Positions 41,142-54,709 of a DNA stretch of 64,000 bases are shown here, in pieces. Origin of the DNA: the human T2T-CHM13v2.0 reference genome, Homo sapiens. The first letter of the stretch is position 1; each line of letters opens with the position of its first letter. Made by a program: the position numbers and the translations under genes. The notes beneath the pieces were generated by a model. It saw only the letters and a program-made list of their open reading frames with translations. It had not been told where the DNA came from and searched no databases. The stretch is from assembly GCF_009914755.1 (NCBI RefSeq), contig NC_060925.1. The stretch is one strand, 5' to 3'.

Positions 41142-42339
41142 GACATGTGACTACCTTTAATCCTCACAACAGTACTGTGAAGTTGGCATTATCATTATTA
41201 GTTCTCTGAGAAGTTAAACAAGTTGTCAAAGATCAAGCAGCCAGTAGGGAGCAGATGTATTGCAGAGCTGGCCTCTGAGAACAAATCTGCCCCCACTTGT
41301 TGGCAGATGTGCTGTGGATAACCTTCCTATGAAATCAATATACTTGCCCTCTTACGGTCTTATGAATGTCTGCAGACACTCAGACATGTTGCCTTGGAAG
41401 CTTCCGCATTGGTGACAGGCTTTGAGGTACGGAGCCTCATTAAGGGTTGGCCTGGATGGTCAAACGCACAATTGGGAAATGACCACGGTTTCATTCATTT
41501 AGAACGGAAAATGTTTCTTGAAATCATTAGTAAACTTCCCCGTGATGAAATTCCCAAGCATGCTCTTACAACTTTTCATTTCCTTGAGCACTACACATAC
41601 TTCCCTGAGAATAAGGATGTGGGGAGGTTGAGTTTCCCTGGAGGATTTAGCAAGACTGACTTTCTCTATATATTGGTTCTTGGTACTCTGTAGACGAGTC
41701 TCTCAGGAATGCCTAGGCTTCCTTTTGAAGCAGGAAATGCTTATTTCTTGGGGTAATAAATCTGCATTTGGTATTAAAATTAGCTCCTTTTGGGACTTGG
41801 TGGAGGTGCTGAGCCGGGTACACATTTTAGCTGAGTCCTTGGGTTGCTCTGAGCAGTCTCTGGGACAAGGTGGCTGCAATAGCATCAAAAAACCCTTTGT
41901 TGATGGAAAAACAGAGTCCCAGGGGAGCTCACTGAGTTGTGAGTCACTGTTTGGGACTAGGCCAGGGGGAAGCTCATCACCTCATCTCCTGGACCTTGGT
42001 TTCAGGTACCTACTGGACCAAGGCAGCCAGAGCTTGTGGAACTGTCGTCAGAACCCACAGAGCCCAACTGGAGCTCAGCCAGTTGGAACTGTCTCACCCA
42101 GAAGCGGGTGAGACAGCTGTCACGTAGTTACTCCTGAGTAGGTAGTAGTTTCCTGCTACTTTCCAATTTTTATGGCCAGCAGAGAGTGAGTGAGGAAATG
42201 GCCTGACATGAGATACAAAGTCTAGGTGGGTTTGTATCAGGGGAAGTAAGTGGGAGGAGATAGACCTGGGACCCTTAAAAGCAGGAAGTATGGCAGAATA
42301 AAGACTTGAAGGAAGAAATCAGGTCATAGCCCTCCTGAT

Positions 42340-42830
42340 GAATACTTTCCAAATGCTCTGTACTGTCCTTAGAACCAACTCCAGACATTCTGTCCTGGCT
42401 TATTACACGCTATGGGATTTGCACCCTTCCTGATTTCCCTTGCCCACACCTCCATTGGGTCAAAGCTCATTGTCTTCTCAGGGGCTTTCTACAGCCTTTC
42501 CCATGAATTCGAATGTTGCCCATTGAATCCCACACAGCTGCCTCCTTCCTGCAAGTCTCATCTGAGCGTCACGGTTAGTTCCTTCCCTGATTCTCCTATC
42601 CTAATGTGAAATAGCCACCCAGTCTCTCACACCTTGTTTAACTTCTCCACGTAGCTGTTATCACCATTCGATATTTCTCTTCTTGATCAAGAAGATCAAG
42701 ATCTGAAGATTGTTTTCTGCCTCGCCCAACAGAATGTGGAATAGGGCCCCATTTTATCCCGAGCGCCTAATAGTGCCTGGCAAATAGTATGTGCCCCAAA
42801 ATTATTTTCTGGATGGATGAATGAAAGGTG
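42340..42830 (+). mobile_element. L2 3' fragment
   Basis: tagtgcctggcaaatagtatgtgcccc...ggatggatgaatgaa tail. Confidence 0.6.
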
Positions 42831-43436
42831 TAGTGGAACAGTAATGGGTTTGGGTTCATTCATCCATTTATTCACCTAAAAATCCATCCAAGTGTTTGAT
42901 CCTATCTCAGCTCCAGGTTAGCTTTGATACTTTGGGTAGGTTATCTAGCCAACATAGACCCTGGCTTTCTCCTATGTTAAAGGAGCGTAAGAAGTCCTAC
43001 TTTGCATAGTTACTAATTGCTATAAGAACAGAATGAGATGGCACATCTAAGTTTTTGATGAGAGAATGGTGCATAGCACTATTGGAGCGTGTGACACAAA
43101 ATAGATTGTCTTATTACTGTACACCCAACTCCTACTTTTAATAGGTGAATGAACTAATGTTCCTTTTTTAATTTACCTCGACCAATACCAATTAAAATAG
43201 AGTAGTTCATTCGCTCTTCCCTGTCTGGTTGCTTTATTGAGTTCAGAGAGAGAACACAAAATTTCCCATGGGAAAAGGGAACATGACAGACAGAAATAGT
43301 GATCTAGTGTTGGGGGAAATGAAGGCCTGGGAGTGTGGGGAGATTCTGCATTGTTGCATGTCAGTGAAGAGATGCTAGGGTGTATTAAAGTGTTTTAGAG
43401 GAGAGAATTGTTGAAGCCCCAGTTTTGCTTGCTTGG

Positions 43437-43835
43437 TGATATGGTTTGGATATTTGTTCCTTCCAAACCTCATATTGAAATTTGATCCCCCAATGTTGGG
43501 GATGGGACTTTGTGGGAGGTGTTTGGATTGTGGGGGCTGATCTCTCATGAAGGGCTTGGTGTCATTCTTGAGGAAGTGAGTGAGCTCTCACTCTTAGTTC
43601 CCGGAAAAACTGGTTGTTGAAAAGAGCCTGGCACCTCCTCCTCTCTATCTCGCCTCCTGCTTCTTACCACATGACGCCTGCTCCCCTTTGCCTTCCACCA
43701 TGAGTGGAAGCTTCCTGGGGCCCTCACTGTGCTTTTTGTACAGCCTGCAGAACGATGATCCCAAATAAACCTCTATTCTTTATAAATTACTCAGCCTTGG
43801 GTATTCGTTTACAGCAACACAAACAGACTGAGACA
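43437..43835 (+). mobile_element. MaLR solo LTR (MSTB-like)
   Basis: TGatatggtttggat...aaataaacctct...cagactgagaCA; 5-bp TSD cttgg/cctgg. Confidence 0.85.
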
Positions 43836-43929
43836 CCTGGGGAATATATCCTTGGCACTTTATGCTGTGGTGGCAGTATTCTGTTGCCAGAAAGCTCCTG
43901 GCCTTGTTGCTGGGAGGTGGAGTAGAATG

Positions 43930-44200
43930 GCTCTACAGAGCGTGGCTCTTGTGCTAGACTGCCTGGTTTTGAACTGGGCTCTGTTATTAATACTTACTAG
44001 CTGTGTGACCTTGGACAACATATTTAACATCTTTGTGCCCCATTTTTCTTACCTATAAAATGAAAAAAATAAAAATAGTCTTGACCTTCATAGGGTTATT
44101 ATGAAGATTGTACATGTGTCAGATGGAAGGGGCTTAGGACAGTGCCCAGGGCACATGAAATGTTATATTAGTTGGAATGTGTACTAGCTATTACACTAGC
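43930..44200 (+). mobile_element. MIR
   Basis: acttactagctgtgtgaccttggacaac...tataaaatga...atagggttattatgaagatt. Confidence 0.75.
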
Positions 44201-47200
44201 AGTGTTCTTTTATCCTTGTTTTTTGGTATATAAAATAATGCCAATAATATATGCTGTATAGGATTGTTGTAGAGAGTAGATAACAACTGTAATATTGGTG
44301 AAAAAGTGACTGGTCCATAGTAGGCACTATTATGTCCCCATGTGTTAGTATTCATTCTGGTTTTGCTTTCCCTTCTCTCTTCCTGTAATTTTTAGAATTA
44401 GTGTAAGATGTGTTAAAAGGTAGTTAGTGCTTAGGGATGGAAACCACAGTCCTGTCTCAGGCTCAAAACTAAATAGGCTGAGCCCTTACTATTTGTAGAG
44501 AGAGACTCTTCAAAGAAACACCCATTTGTCTTAGCTCAGTTAAGGAAGTCAATCTCTTCTCTCCACTGTAAGTGGCCCATTAACCTACCTGGAGAGTCAA
44601 ACAACCTGGACTCCAGTCTGGAGTTTTCCACTGAGATATTCCAACCTCTCCATGTCTCGATATTCTCATCTGCCAAGGAGGGGTGAAAACACAGGTGCTA
44701 CATACCTCATGAGGTTATCAATAAAGTCAGATATGCCTATCTTGGACTCAGTTAAAGGACTCTAAAATAGGATGGTGATATCAGACTATGCAGTAAGGTG
44801 GGACTATATAGCTGATGTCCCAGTAAGAGCAATATGTTCATTGTTTCCCCTCTGCTAGGAATATCATGAATTTTCTCTTAAGACTCCCCCGAACATGTAC
44901 ATGCACACACACTTTCCCAGATTATTGTCATTACCACTAGTCATTGCAAATGGGTGAACAAGTCTATATTTGGTGGAAGAAGACATGTGCTTATTGCAGA
45001 CTCCCCCTACCTAATTGTGTCCAGTTACTCACCCATCCACTGTGGGTGGAGTAGAGGCAGGGGCCTCCCTTCACATGTGTGGAGTGTAACGCTGTGGTGG
45101 AACAAGCCAGGTAGCCATCCACTGTGTATCAGTACTGTTTCATCACCTTGAAATAAAACACTCTTACTTCTGGGATGCATGGAAAAGCTTTACTTTTCCT
45201 TATTTTGTTTTGTTGAACTTAGAAGGAAGGAGTGTCTAACAAATTTTGGTCTGCTCTTTATGTTCTCTCTGGAAACTTCAGAAGCAACTGGAATTTTCTC
45301 GGCAACTTCACAGGACAAAACTGGTCACCATTTGAATAGTGGATTTCATAATGAACAAGAACTGAAAAGTAATCTTAAGGAGGTTATTTTATTTTTGCTG
45401 AAGTTAGTTAGAAGGGAATAAAGATGACAGATTTAAGGAACATGAAAAAAAAGTATTGAGTAAGGGCAACTATTCTGTGCCATAAAGCCAGAAGGAAAAG
45501 CATGCTCTTGGCTTAGATGTCCAACATCTATCCTCAATGAAATATGAAACCCTTCAAACCCCTAAACCCAGGAGTGGTCGGTTCTTAAAGGACTGTGACT
45601 GGGTGTATGGGTGTAGGCCTTCCTGGACCCTCTCTGCTCTCTCTTCCTTCTACACACTGTTTATGTGTTTGTTGGCCTGAGATCAGTTCTCCCACTTAAC
45701 CTTTCCTTGCCCCACAGCCATGGTAGTTTTTACATGGGAACACGCACCCTCTGTTTCTCTGCAGAATCTTGTATCCTCTCAGGGAAAGTCGTGTGGTGGG
45801 CTAGTGGTGAAGTGAGAGGGAGCTATGTACACACAGGGCCCAGCTGAAAATGACTTTAGCACAGAGTTTACTTAATACATCCTCCAAATTGTATTTTGAA
45901 GCCTCTGTTAACAAGAAAGCACTCTCTTTTTGAGCAGCAGGAGTGTTTTATAAATGGAATTTGCAGACCGGCAATGCTCCCATTAATTTTCCCTGTCTAC
46001 AATTACTATCATTACATTCTTAAAGCACTTTTAAAATAAACTACACCATGATGTAATGTGCACACTGAGCTCCACTGAGCAGGACAACGGGGCAGCAGCA
46101 TCTGGACTCTGGGCTGCTATCTTCTAGGGAACATCTTGATGGCTATAATTACTGTCATGTTATGGGAACTTAAAAAAAAAAGGCGCCAGAGTTCCAAATA
46201 AAACATAAAATGGCTTTGATATAATAAATGTTACTATCATTGTTTAAAAATGTTGTGACCCGTCTGCTACAGTTTCTGAGAAAGATATTTTCCAGCACTC
46301 GATATTTTCTCCTCTCTCCCTCTTTCATATTCTATTAATGCAGATAAGGATGAAGAAAATCCTTAGGAGAGACTTGTTTTAAATCAATGTAATACAATGC
46401 CAGCATTGTCTCTCTTCAAGTTGAACTTTCAAATTAAATTTGGCATGAGTTTTACCAGAACTCCAAACAGCTTTGCTCCAGAGACACTGTATCTGCCCTA
46501 TTAGGGAGAATTAATAATTCAAATGTTATGGTTGTGGTTAATTGCACTCATTAGGATAAGACAAGGACTGGAACATTTTTCTGTAGGACATACCCACATC
46601 CATTGCACCCCTGGCCAAGGCATTCAGAACAGTTTGGGCATTTTCAAAGGAATCATAATGACACAAAATGCACACATGGTGTAAATGTTGTCATCCTATG
46701 GGATCCAGTTTTGGAAGGGCCTGTAATGAATTTGGACCCAGGTATTGGATCAATTTCTGTATAAAGTTATGAAGAATCACTTATATATGGAAAAAGTCAT
46801 CTGTTGTGGGTACTGACCCTGATTGTATTCACTCAGTTTCCTAAGAACGTTTTATTATATGGAATTCATTCAACCTTGTGAAATCTAAGTTATTGTTTCA
46901 TAATGGGTAGTGGCAACTTTAAGGAAGACAGCACATCTTATTTAGGCAATTGGTTAGCTTTGACAACAGCGGGTGCATAGACCACAAATGGAGTAAACTG
47001 TTCTGTTGATCTTTTTTTCTGCTAGTTTGCTGATAACATATTTCAGTTTGAAATATGATTGGACCTTTTGATGTAAGAGTTGGGACTTAACCAGGGAAAA
47101 ATTTATATAACCTGATCTGGATTTCATCATATTCAGTGAGTTTGTGAAAGGACATTTTTTTTTTTTACATGTGTCACATCGATTGACTATCTCTCCAAGC

Positions 47201-49609
47201 TCTCCTGGGTAGTGACTTATTTTTATTTCATTTGGTGTCATGTTTTCCTTTCTCTGTATGTCCTCTCTATGGCTGATGAGCAGTAAGTTAGGCCACGGAG
47301 TTTAGGGGAACAATGGTTCAATCTCCAGGTAAGTTTCTTCAGTCTCACTCTATACAGTCAGCACTGGCCAGCTCCCTAGACAAAGTGTATGAGATCATCC
47401 CAAGTCAAACCATGGGGGTACTGTGGTTGACCCCGGTAAGCCATCCCACTTCTGCAAAAACCAATCCAAGCAGAGGCTGTACTGATAACAAATATGTTAC
47501 ACCTTCTTTGGGTGTAGACCAGAGTGCATTTTTAATGTCTGTGTTTCTAAGCCTGCTGTCCAGAAGATCTTCTATTCATGACACTTTCCAAGATCTGTTC
47601 TTTCTCAGAAACTGGATTTAGTTATTGCACTCTACAATAATGTTAGGCTGGAGAAAAATTGTAGATTTGTTTGCAAGGAATGTGGTGTCAATCGATTGAG
47701 GGCAATTTGCATGCAATCCTAAAGTTTAAGTCAGGTTTTAATTTTGATTTGGTGATACATCTTTGAAAATGCTCAATTTTTACTTTGTCTGATAAGTATG
47801 CTTCTGTCCTTTGAAAAGTAACTCCATCTTTGTATGAGTCATTCTACCCTTTTATTGTTTTCAGTGTGACTCCTAAGTACTGGACACTCAGTAAGGACTT
47901 ATTGATGGTTATAATGTTTCATAGAATATTTGCATAAATGATCTTTGTAGAAAACAAATTGAACTTTTCCATTGAAACAATATTATGTCATATTAGCATT
48001 AAGAGGCACTTCATAAAAAAATTTTAGTTAACACTAACTGAGCATCCAATCTACTTTCTGTTTGTTGAAGCATTTATGGTTCCTACTCAAGACAAGAAAA
48101 ATAACAAGGAAAGAAATAACTCTGAATACAGAACATTTTATTACAAAAATAAAAAAATGAGAGCATATCTGTTAGCTCTTGCCAACTTTTGAAGTATGGA
48201 TTCTATTTGTCTTTATTACAGTGTATTCCCATAGTGACTTTTCCCTATTTATTAATTTTTGAATGTTACTATAAAACAGAGATATGTGCCTACTGGAAAT
48301 AGTCAAAGCTATTTCAAGAAACTTTACAAATGAGAAAAATATACCAACACATCTTTGAACTATTCTGTCAATAAATTAGGAGCTATGCAATTATTTTATA
48401 TCTCCTTATAGTTCTTTTTGAAAAAAAGTCATATGCATTATCACAATAAAATGTCCTGTTAAAACTATAATAATTGTGATGACTCATAGATACGTGATTC
48501 TTCTTATTAAGAAAAAAAGGACAGGAAATCCAATATAAATGAGCTGTTTTCCTCAGTAGTGTAATAAAACTTGGATACTGGTATATGAATTTTTGATTAT
48601 ATCATCCACTGATAATCTCTGGCTCATTTCCTCCCAGTGAAGAATCAGTCTCCTTCCTCCCTGCACCAGCCCCCTTTGGCCACTAACATTTTAGCAACCC
48701 TACTCCCTCAGATGGGGAGGAGGCCTCCCAGTCACAGCCACCACAGTACAATATATTTTAAGGGCTGTAAATTTTCACCGTCAGATTTGAGCCAAGGGTG
48801 TTAAGCTCCAGAAGATACACATCTGCTTCCTACTCAGATGGTCTTTGTTGTGCTTCTTGGTAGAGGGAGAGTTGTAATGCCACAAGAATAAATCCCAAAT
48901 GGGGTGTGTGTTTGCAGGGGGGTGGTAAATTATGGTGTTTTCAAAAGAAGTGCTCATGACTGCAAATATATCTAGCCTCAATTCTGCTCTTAAATTCTCT
49001 GTTTCTTTTCAGAGTTACATGATAATATTTTATTGCTCTTTAATGAACAGAGTGAGTCACTATTAAATTTCAAAAGTGAAAAATTATTTTGTAACCTGAG
49101 TCACAACCCCTGAATGTATCTCGTTTCTAAGTTTGGATTTCCAAATGTCAGGTTTTTCTAAATAGGATCACATGAATACAGGACCAGAATATAAAAGAAA
49201 TGTCTAAGCAACTACTTGGGAAGGGTGGCTATAGTCCATGCCAATATATCCAGCTCATGAGTGTTTATTAAACACCCACAAGTTTGATCAAAGAATACTT
49301 AGTGTTAGATGTATCTTAATGTTCTCACTACTCTCATACCTTGTTAACCAAGAGGGAAAGATGATAGACCAATTTCAAACCTAGCAGAAATGTGAACAGA
49401 TAAATATAGTAAATCCTCAATTTACAAATGAGCTTTGTTCCAAATTGTTTGTAACTGGTTCATCTGGAACTGTCCTTGCATTTTCCCATAGAGACAAAAT
49501 TATAAATGGTAGTTAGGTTTCCTAGCCAGCCCAGAGAATATACTTAAGCCCTATGCAGCTGAACACTAGCATTAGAGAACTTGATCGCCAAGTTTCTGTG
49601 GAAATATGC

Positions 49610-50700
49610 ATTTATTTATTTACTCAAATATGACTTGAGTGTTCACCTGATTGGAATACAGAGACACCCTTAGCCTCTGATGATGGGGCATCATGGTCTA
49701 ATCAGGCAGTGATTGCCCATTCCTTAGTGTCTGGGTGGAAGATAACATAGTGTGTTACTTGGATACATAGGACAGTAAGCTGGAGGTGGAGGGGGTCAGG
49801 CAGGACTCTCAGAGGATGCCTGAGATGATTTTGTTTTGCTGGGAGAGAAGGATGGAATCAAGAATGGAAGTTGCTTTGGGTATGGGGAGGGGCAGGAGCA
49901 TGAAAGCTTAAAATAGCTTAGCCCATTAAGGGCAAGTGGGGAGGTTGATTATCAGATAAGTGAGGGCTAGACTAATATGGATTGCCACATATGGGTTTGT
50001 ATGTTCCATTTGAAGATGGGATTTCAAGTAGAAGACTGATACGATCATATTTACACTTCAAAACTTCATTTGGTCTCTGTATTAATACTGGATAGAAGAA
50101 GCCACCAGCACTGGATAAAAGAAAGCCTCAGAGCCTGCTGGAATTATCTGAGGGAAAATTGATGAGGCACTAGGGCAGGGTAGATGGGGAAGGAGAAGAA
50201 GAGATGGTTTACTGGTAGTAGGGTGTTCAATTTGACAGCACCTGAAACAGACTGGATTTTGGTGAAGGAGAACACTGGATGAATAGAAATAGCAATGCTG
50301 TACACACATGCACACACGAGGAAATGATGGGAGACAGATTTGGGAGGAGGAGGAGCTCAGTTACAGATGTGTATTTGGGTCATGACTCCACTCAGAGGGT
50401 TGGGGATGAGAGCTGGCACTCAGGAGCATCTAGAAAGGAGATCCAGAAGGTGAAAAGAAAGACAATTAGAGTGAATAAGGAGAGTCTAGAGGGGCAGCCA
50501 GGGATGCTGGACCATAGCCAGAAGACAGCAGTAGTACCCAGAAGTCAAGATGGTAAGAAATTTCAGAGAAGACAAGAGAGTGGATGGTGCAGAGACCAAG
50601 ACTGAGAAATTAACATTGGAGTTAGCAGTTGGAAAGACACTGGTGTCCCAGATTCCAGTTTGGTGGAGAGGTGCTGCAGCCCTGAGGGGAGGTGAGCTTG
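49610..50700 (-). mobile_element. Old L2 fragments
   Basis: catttatttatttactcaaatatgacttgagtg tail; aagactgagaaattaacattggagttagca. Confidence 0.5.
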
Positions 50701-50712
50701 AAGATGGTATAT

Positions 50713-50780
50713 GGTGTGTGTGTGCATGTGTGTGTGTGTGCATGTGTGTGTGTGCGTGTGTGTGTGTGTGCATGTGTGTG
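50713..50780. repeat. Interrupted (TG)n
   Basis: Directly visible. Confidence 0.9.
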
Positions 50781-52519
50781 AGAGCACTATTCCAGTGGAG
50801 GAGAAACCCAGTGGATGTGTCCTTGTGGTGATTAGCTGTGGAAGATGGGCAGGGCTACAGACACAAGTTATCAATAAGCTGCTAAACAACTTATCAGTCA
50901 TGGTGTTACTATTACCAAAAGGACCACATTTTAACAAATTTTAAATGTGCTTCATCTCTTATCACCTTCCCACCATGTCCCTCCGCATTAGAATGCTGTC
51001 TCCACCCTTCAAAAGACCCTCTACCTTGTGCTCTTTCACTCCTCCATGCCCTGCACACGTGGTTTCATCTGTCATGAATGTCCTATGCCTCTATGCCTAG
51101 CTAGCTGTCTTTCTAAACCACCCAGCCCAAAGGCTGCCTCCTCAGGAAAGCCTCTGGTAATGCCCATGACAAAGTAGTTTCTCCTGTCTCTACTCCCTCA
51201 GTGCTCTGCTCACACTTTTGGTAAATAATAGAATGCAGCTTAAAATTACATCTCTCTCCCTTTCTGGATGGTGAATTTCAAAAACATGTTGATTCAGCTG
51301 TTCTGCGTGCCTAGTCCAGTGCTCAGCCCATGATGAGAGCTCAGGGTTTGTTTAGTGACAAGCCTTTGGCAAACTCAAAAGTTAGTTGTAAAAACTATTG
51401 GTCAGGAATGATGGACCCAAGCCTAACTGACCTGAAGCTATTGTGAAAATGGTAAAAACCAAATCCTCAGCTTTTTGGGCAGGTATATTAAGGGAGGGTG
51501 CCAAAATGCTGTCAAAGCTTTTATGTTAAGAAGTTGCATAGGTTCCTAGAGCTATGTCTTCAGTGACACTGGGCAGCCAGGATGACTCATGACCCTCGAT
51601 TTAAGCATCTGGAAGAGTCAGTTTTATTTTCGGAGAAACTCTGTGTCACCTTTAGTAAAAAAAGAAAGGTACACGAGGCCTTGGCAAGAAGATCTATTTC
51701 ATAAATCTGTAAAATAAATGAAGCTCTTTGGGGACATTAACTCTTCTATAACCTCTCTCGATGAGTTTGGAAAGTATTTATTATGAGATGGAGCCAATTT
51801 CAAAGTGAAGCTGAGAGAATTTTCTTTCCTGAGCTCCTCCTGGAACAGTTACGTTTAGTGATGCTAATCTATGATGATGACTCAGTGACAGGAAGTGACA
51901 TTGGTCATGCGTTGGCCCCAAACAGTACTTGAGGGGAGGGAGGAGGCCAGAGGACTAAAATCCTGTGTGGTTTTCCCAGTGTTTTTACCTACATGATTGT
52001 CATCTTTCCTTTTGAATCTGTCCAGAAATTGTCAGTGAAATGAAAGATCAGTGTTACATATCATTTGGGTTTTTGGCACCAGGGATGTTTGCTTTATTTT
52101 GGGTTATATTAAATACAATTAAAATGCACTAATGGTATTATAAAAGTTTTGATTTTAAACAGTGAACTAGGAAATCATTGCAAAAAAGAGTATTACGCAT
52201 GACATTAGAATATGGGGCTCCAGTTTCAGATTTTTTACTTATATCTGTATGACTTTCAGTGAGTGCATTTAACTTCTTCAAGTCTTATGACCTTACTAAT
52301 GAAATATGGTAGTAACACCACATCTCAGCAGCATTCATGGAGTGCTTACTATGTGCTTGGCACTGCTTTACACGGGTTAGTTTTCCTCAATCCCTTTGAT
52401 GTAGGTGTGATTGTTATCCATTGTACAGATGAGGAAATTTAAGTTTGCGGAGTACGTATACCATACTGGGATTCAAATCCAAGACTTTGTGATTCTATTA
52501 CCAAGTTCCCAACTGCTCT

Positions 52520-54709
52520 TTTATTTTTATTTTAAAAAAACTTTTATTTTAGGTTTAGGGGTACATGTGCAGGTTTATTATATAGGTAAACTTGTGTCAT
52601 GGGGGTTTGATATACAGATTATTTCATCACCCAAGTGCTAAGCCTACTACCCATTAGTTACCTTTTCCTGCTCCTCTCCCTCCCCGTACCCTCCACCCTC
52701 TGGTAGGCCTCAGTGTCTGTTGTTCCCTTCTTTGTGTCCATGTGTTCTTATCATTTAGCTCCCACTTATAAGTAAGGATATGTGGTATTTGATTTTCTGT
52801 TCCTGCAGTAGTATGACAAGGATAATGGTCTCTAGCTCTATCATTCCTGCAAAGAACATGATCTCCTTTTTTATAACTGCATAGTATTCCATGGTGTATA
52901 TGTACCACATTTTTTTATCCAGTCTTCCATTGATGGACATTTAGGTTGATTCCACGTCTTTGCTATTGTGATAATGATGCAATGAATATACACATGCATA
53001 TGTCTTTATGATAGACCAATTTATATCCTTTCGGTAAATACCCAGTAATGGGATATTGGGTTGAACATTATTTCTGTTGTTAGGTCTTTAAGGAATTGCC
53101 ACACTGTCTTCAGCAATGGCTGAATTAATTTAGACTCCCACCAACAGTGTGTAAGCATTTCTTTTTCTCTACAACATCGCCAGCATCTGTTATTTTTTGA
53201 CTTCTTAATAATAGCCATTCTGACTGATGTGAGATAGTATCTTATTGTGGTTTTGATTTGCATTTCTCTAATGATCAGTGATGTTGAGCTTTTTTTCATA
53301 TGTTTGTTGGCTGCATGTAGGTCTTCTTTTGAGAATTATCTGTTCATGTCCTTTGCCCACTTTTAATGCGGTTGTTTTATTTTCTTGTAAATTTGTTTAA
53401 GTGCCTTATAGATGCTGGATATTAGACCTTTGTCAGATGCATGGCTTGCCAAACTTTTCTCCCATTCTGTCAGCTGTCAGTTTGCTCTTTTAATGGTTTC
53501 TTTTGCTGTGCAGAAGCTCTTTAGTTCAACTAGATTCAATTTTCCAATTTTTGTTTTTGTTGCAATTGCTTTTGTTGTCTTTGTCATGAAATCTTTGCCC
53601 TTTCCTATGCCCAGAATTGTGTTGTGTAGGTTGTCTTCGAGAGTTTTTATGGTTTTGGGTTTTACAAGTCTTTAATCCATCTTGAGTTAATTTTTGTATA
53701 TGGTATAAGGAAAAGGTCCAGTTTCAATCTTCTGCATATGGCTAGCCAGTTATGCCAGCACCATTTATTGAATGAGTCTTTTCCTCATTGCTTGCTTTTG
53801 TCAGCTGTGTTGAAGATCAGATGGTTGCAGGTGTTCTCTATTTCTGGGTTCTCTATTTTGTTCCGTTGTTGTATGTGTCTGTTTTTGTACCAGTACCATG
53901 CTGCTTTGGTTACTGTAGTCCTGTGGTATATTTTGAAGTTGGGTAGTATGATGCTTCCTGCTTTGTTCTTTTTGCTTAGCACTGCCTTTGCTATTTGGGC
54001 TCTTTTTTGGTTCCATATGAATTTTAAAATATAATAGTTTTTTTCTAATTCTGTGAAAAATGTCATTGGTAGTTTGATAGGAATAGCATTGAATCTATAA
54101 ATCGCTTTGGGCAGTATGGCCATTTAAATGATATTGATTCTTCTTCCCCATGAGTATGGAATGTTTTATCATTTGTTTGTGTCATCTCTAATTTCTTTGA
54201 ACAGTGTTTTGTAGTTCTCACTGTAGAGATCTTTCACCTTTCTTGTTAGCTGTATTCCTGGATTTTTTTTTTCTTTTTTTGTGGCAATTGTGTGTGGGAT
54301 TTTGTTCCTGATTTGGCTCTTGGCTTGGCTGTTAGTGGTGTACAGAATTGCTAGTAATTTTTGTACATTGATTTTGTATCCTGAAACTTTGCTGAAGTTA
54401 CAGTTTGAGGAGCTTTTGGGCTGATACTTTTGGGTTTTCTAGATATAGAATCATGTCAGCTGCAAACAGGGATAGTTTGATTTCCTCTCTTCCGATTTGG
54501 ATGGGCTTTATTTCTTTCTCTTTCTTGATTGGCCTGGCCAGGACTTCCAATACTACTTTGAATATCAGGAGTGGTGAGAGAGGGCATCCTTGTCTTGTGC
54601 CAATTTTCAAGGGAAATGCTCCCCACTATCGCCCATTCAGTATGATGTTGGCTGTGGGTTTGTCATAGACGGCTCTCTTTATTTTGAGGTATGCTCCATC
54701 AATATCTAG
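52520..54709 (-). mobile_element. L1PA13-16-like LINE-1, ~2.2 kb, 5'-truncated, inserted in a MIR
   Basis: 3'UTR ggtacatgtgcaggtttattatataggtaaacttgtgtcatggggg; ORF2 remnants [42 protein letters not shown]; degenerate TSD ttcccaactgctctttt / tttctaactactgtttt. Confidence 0.9.
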
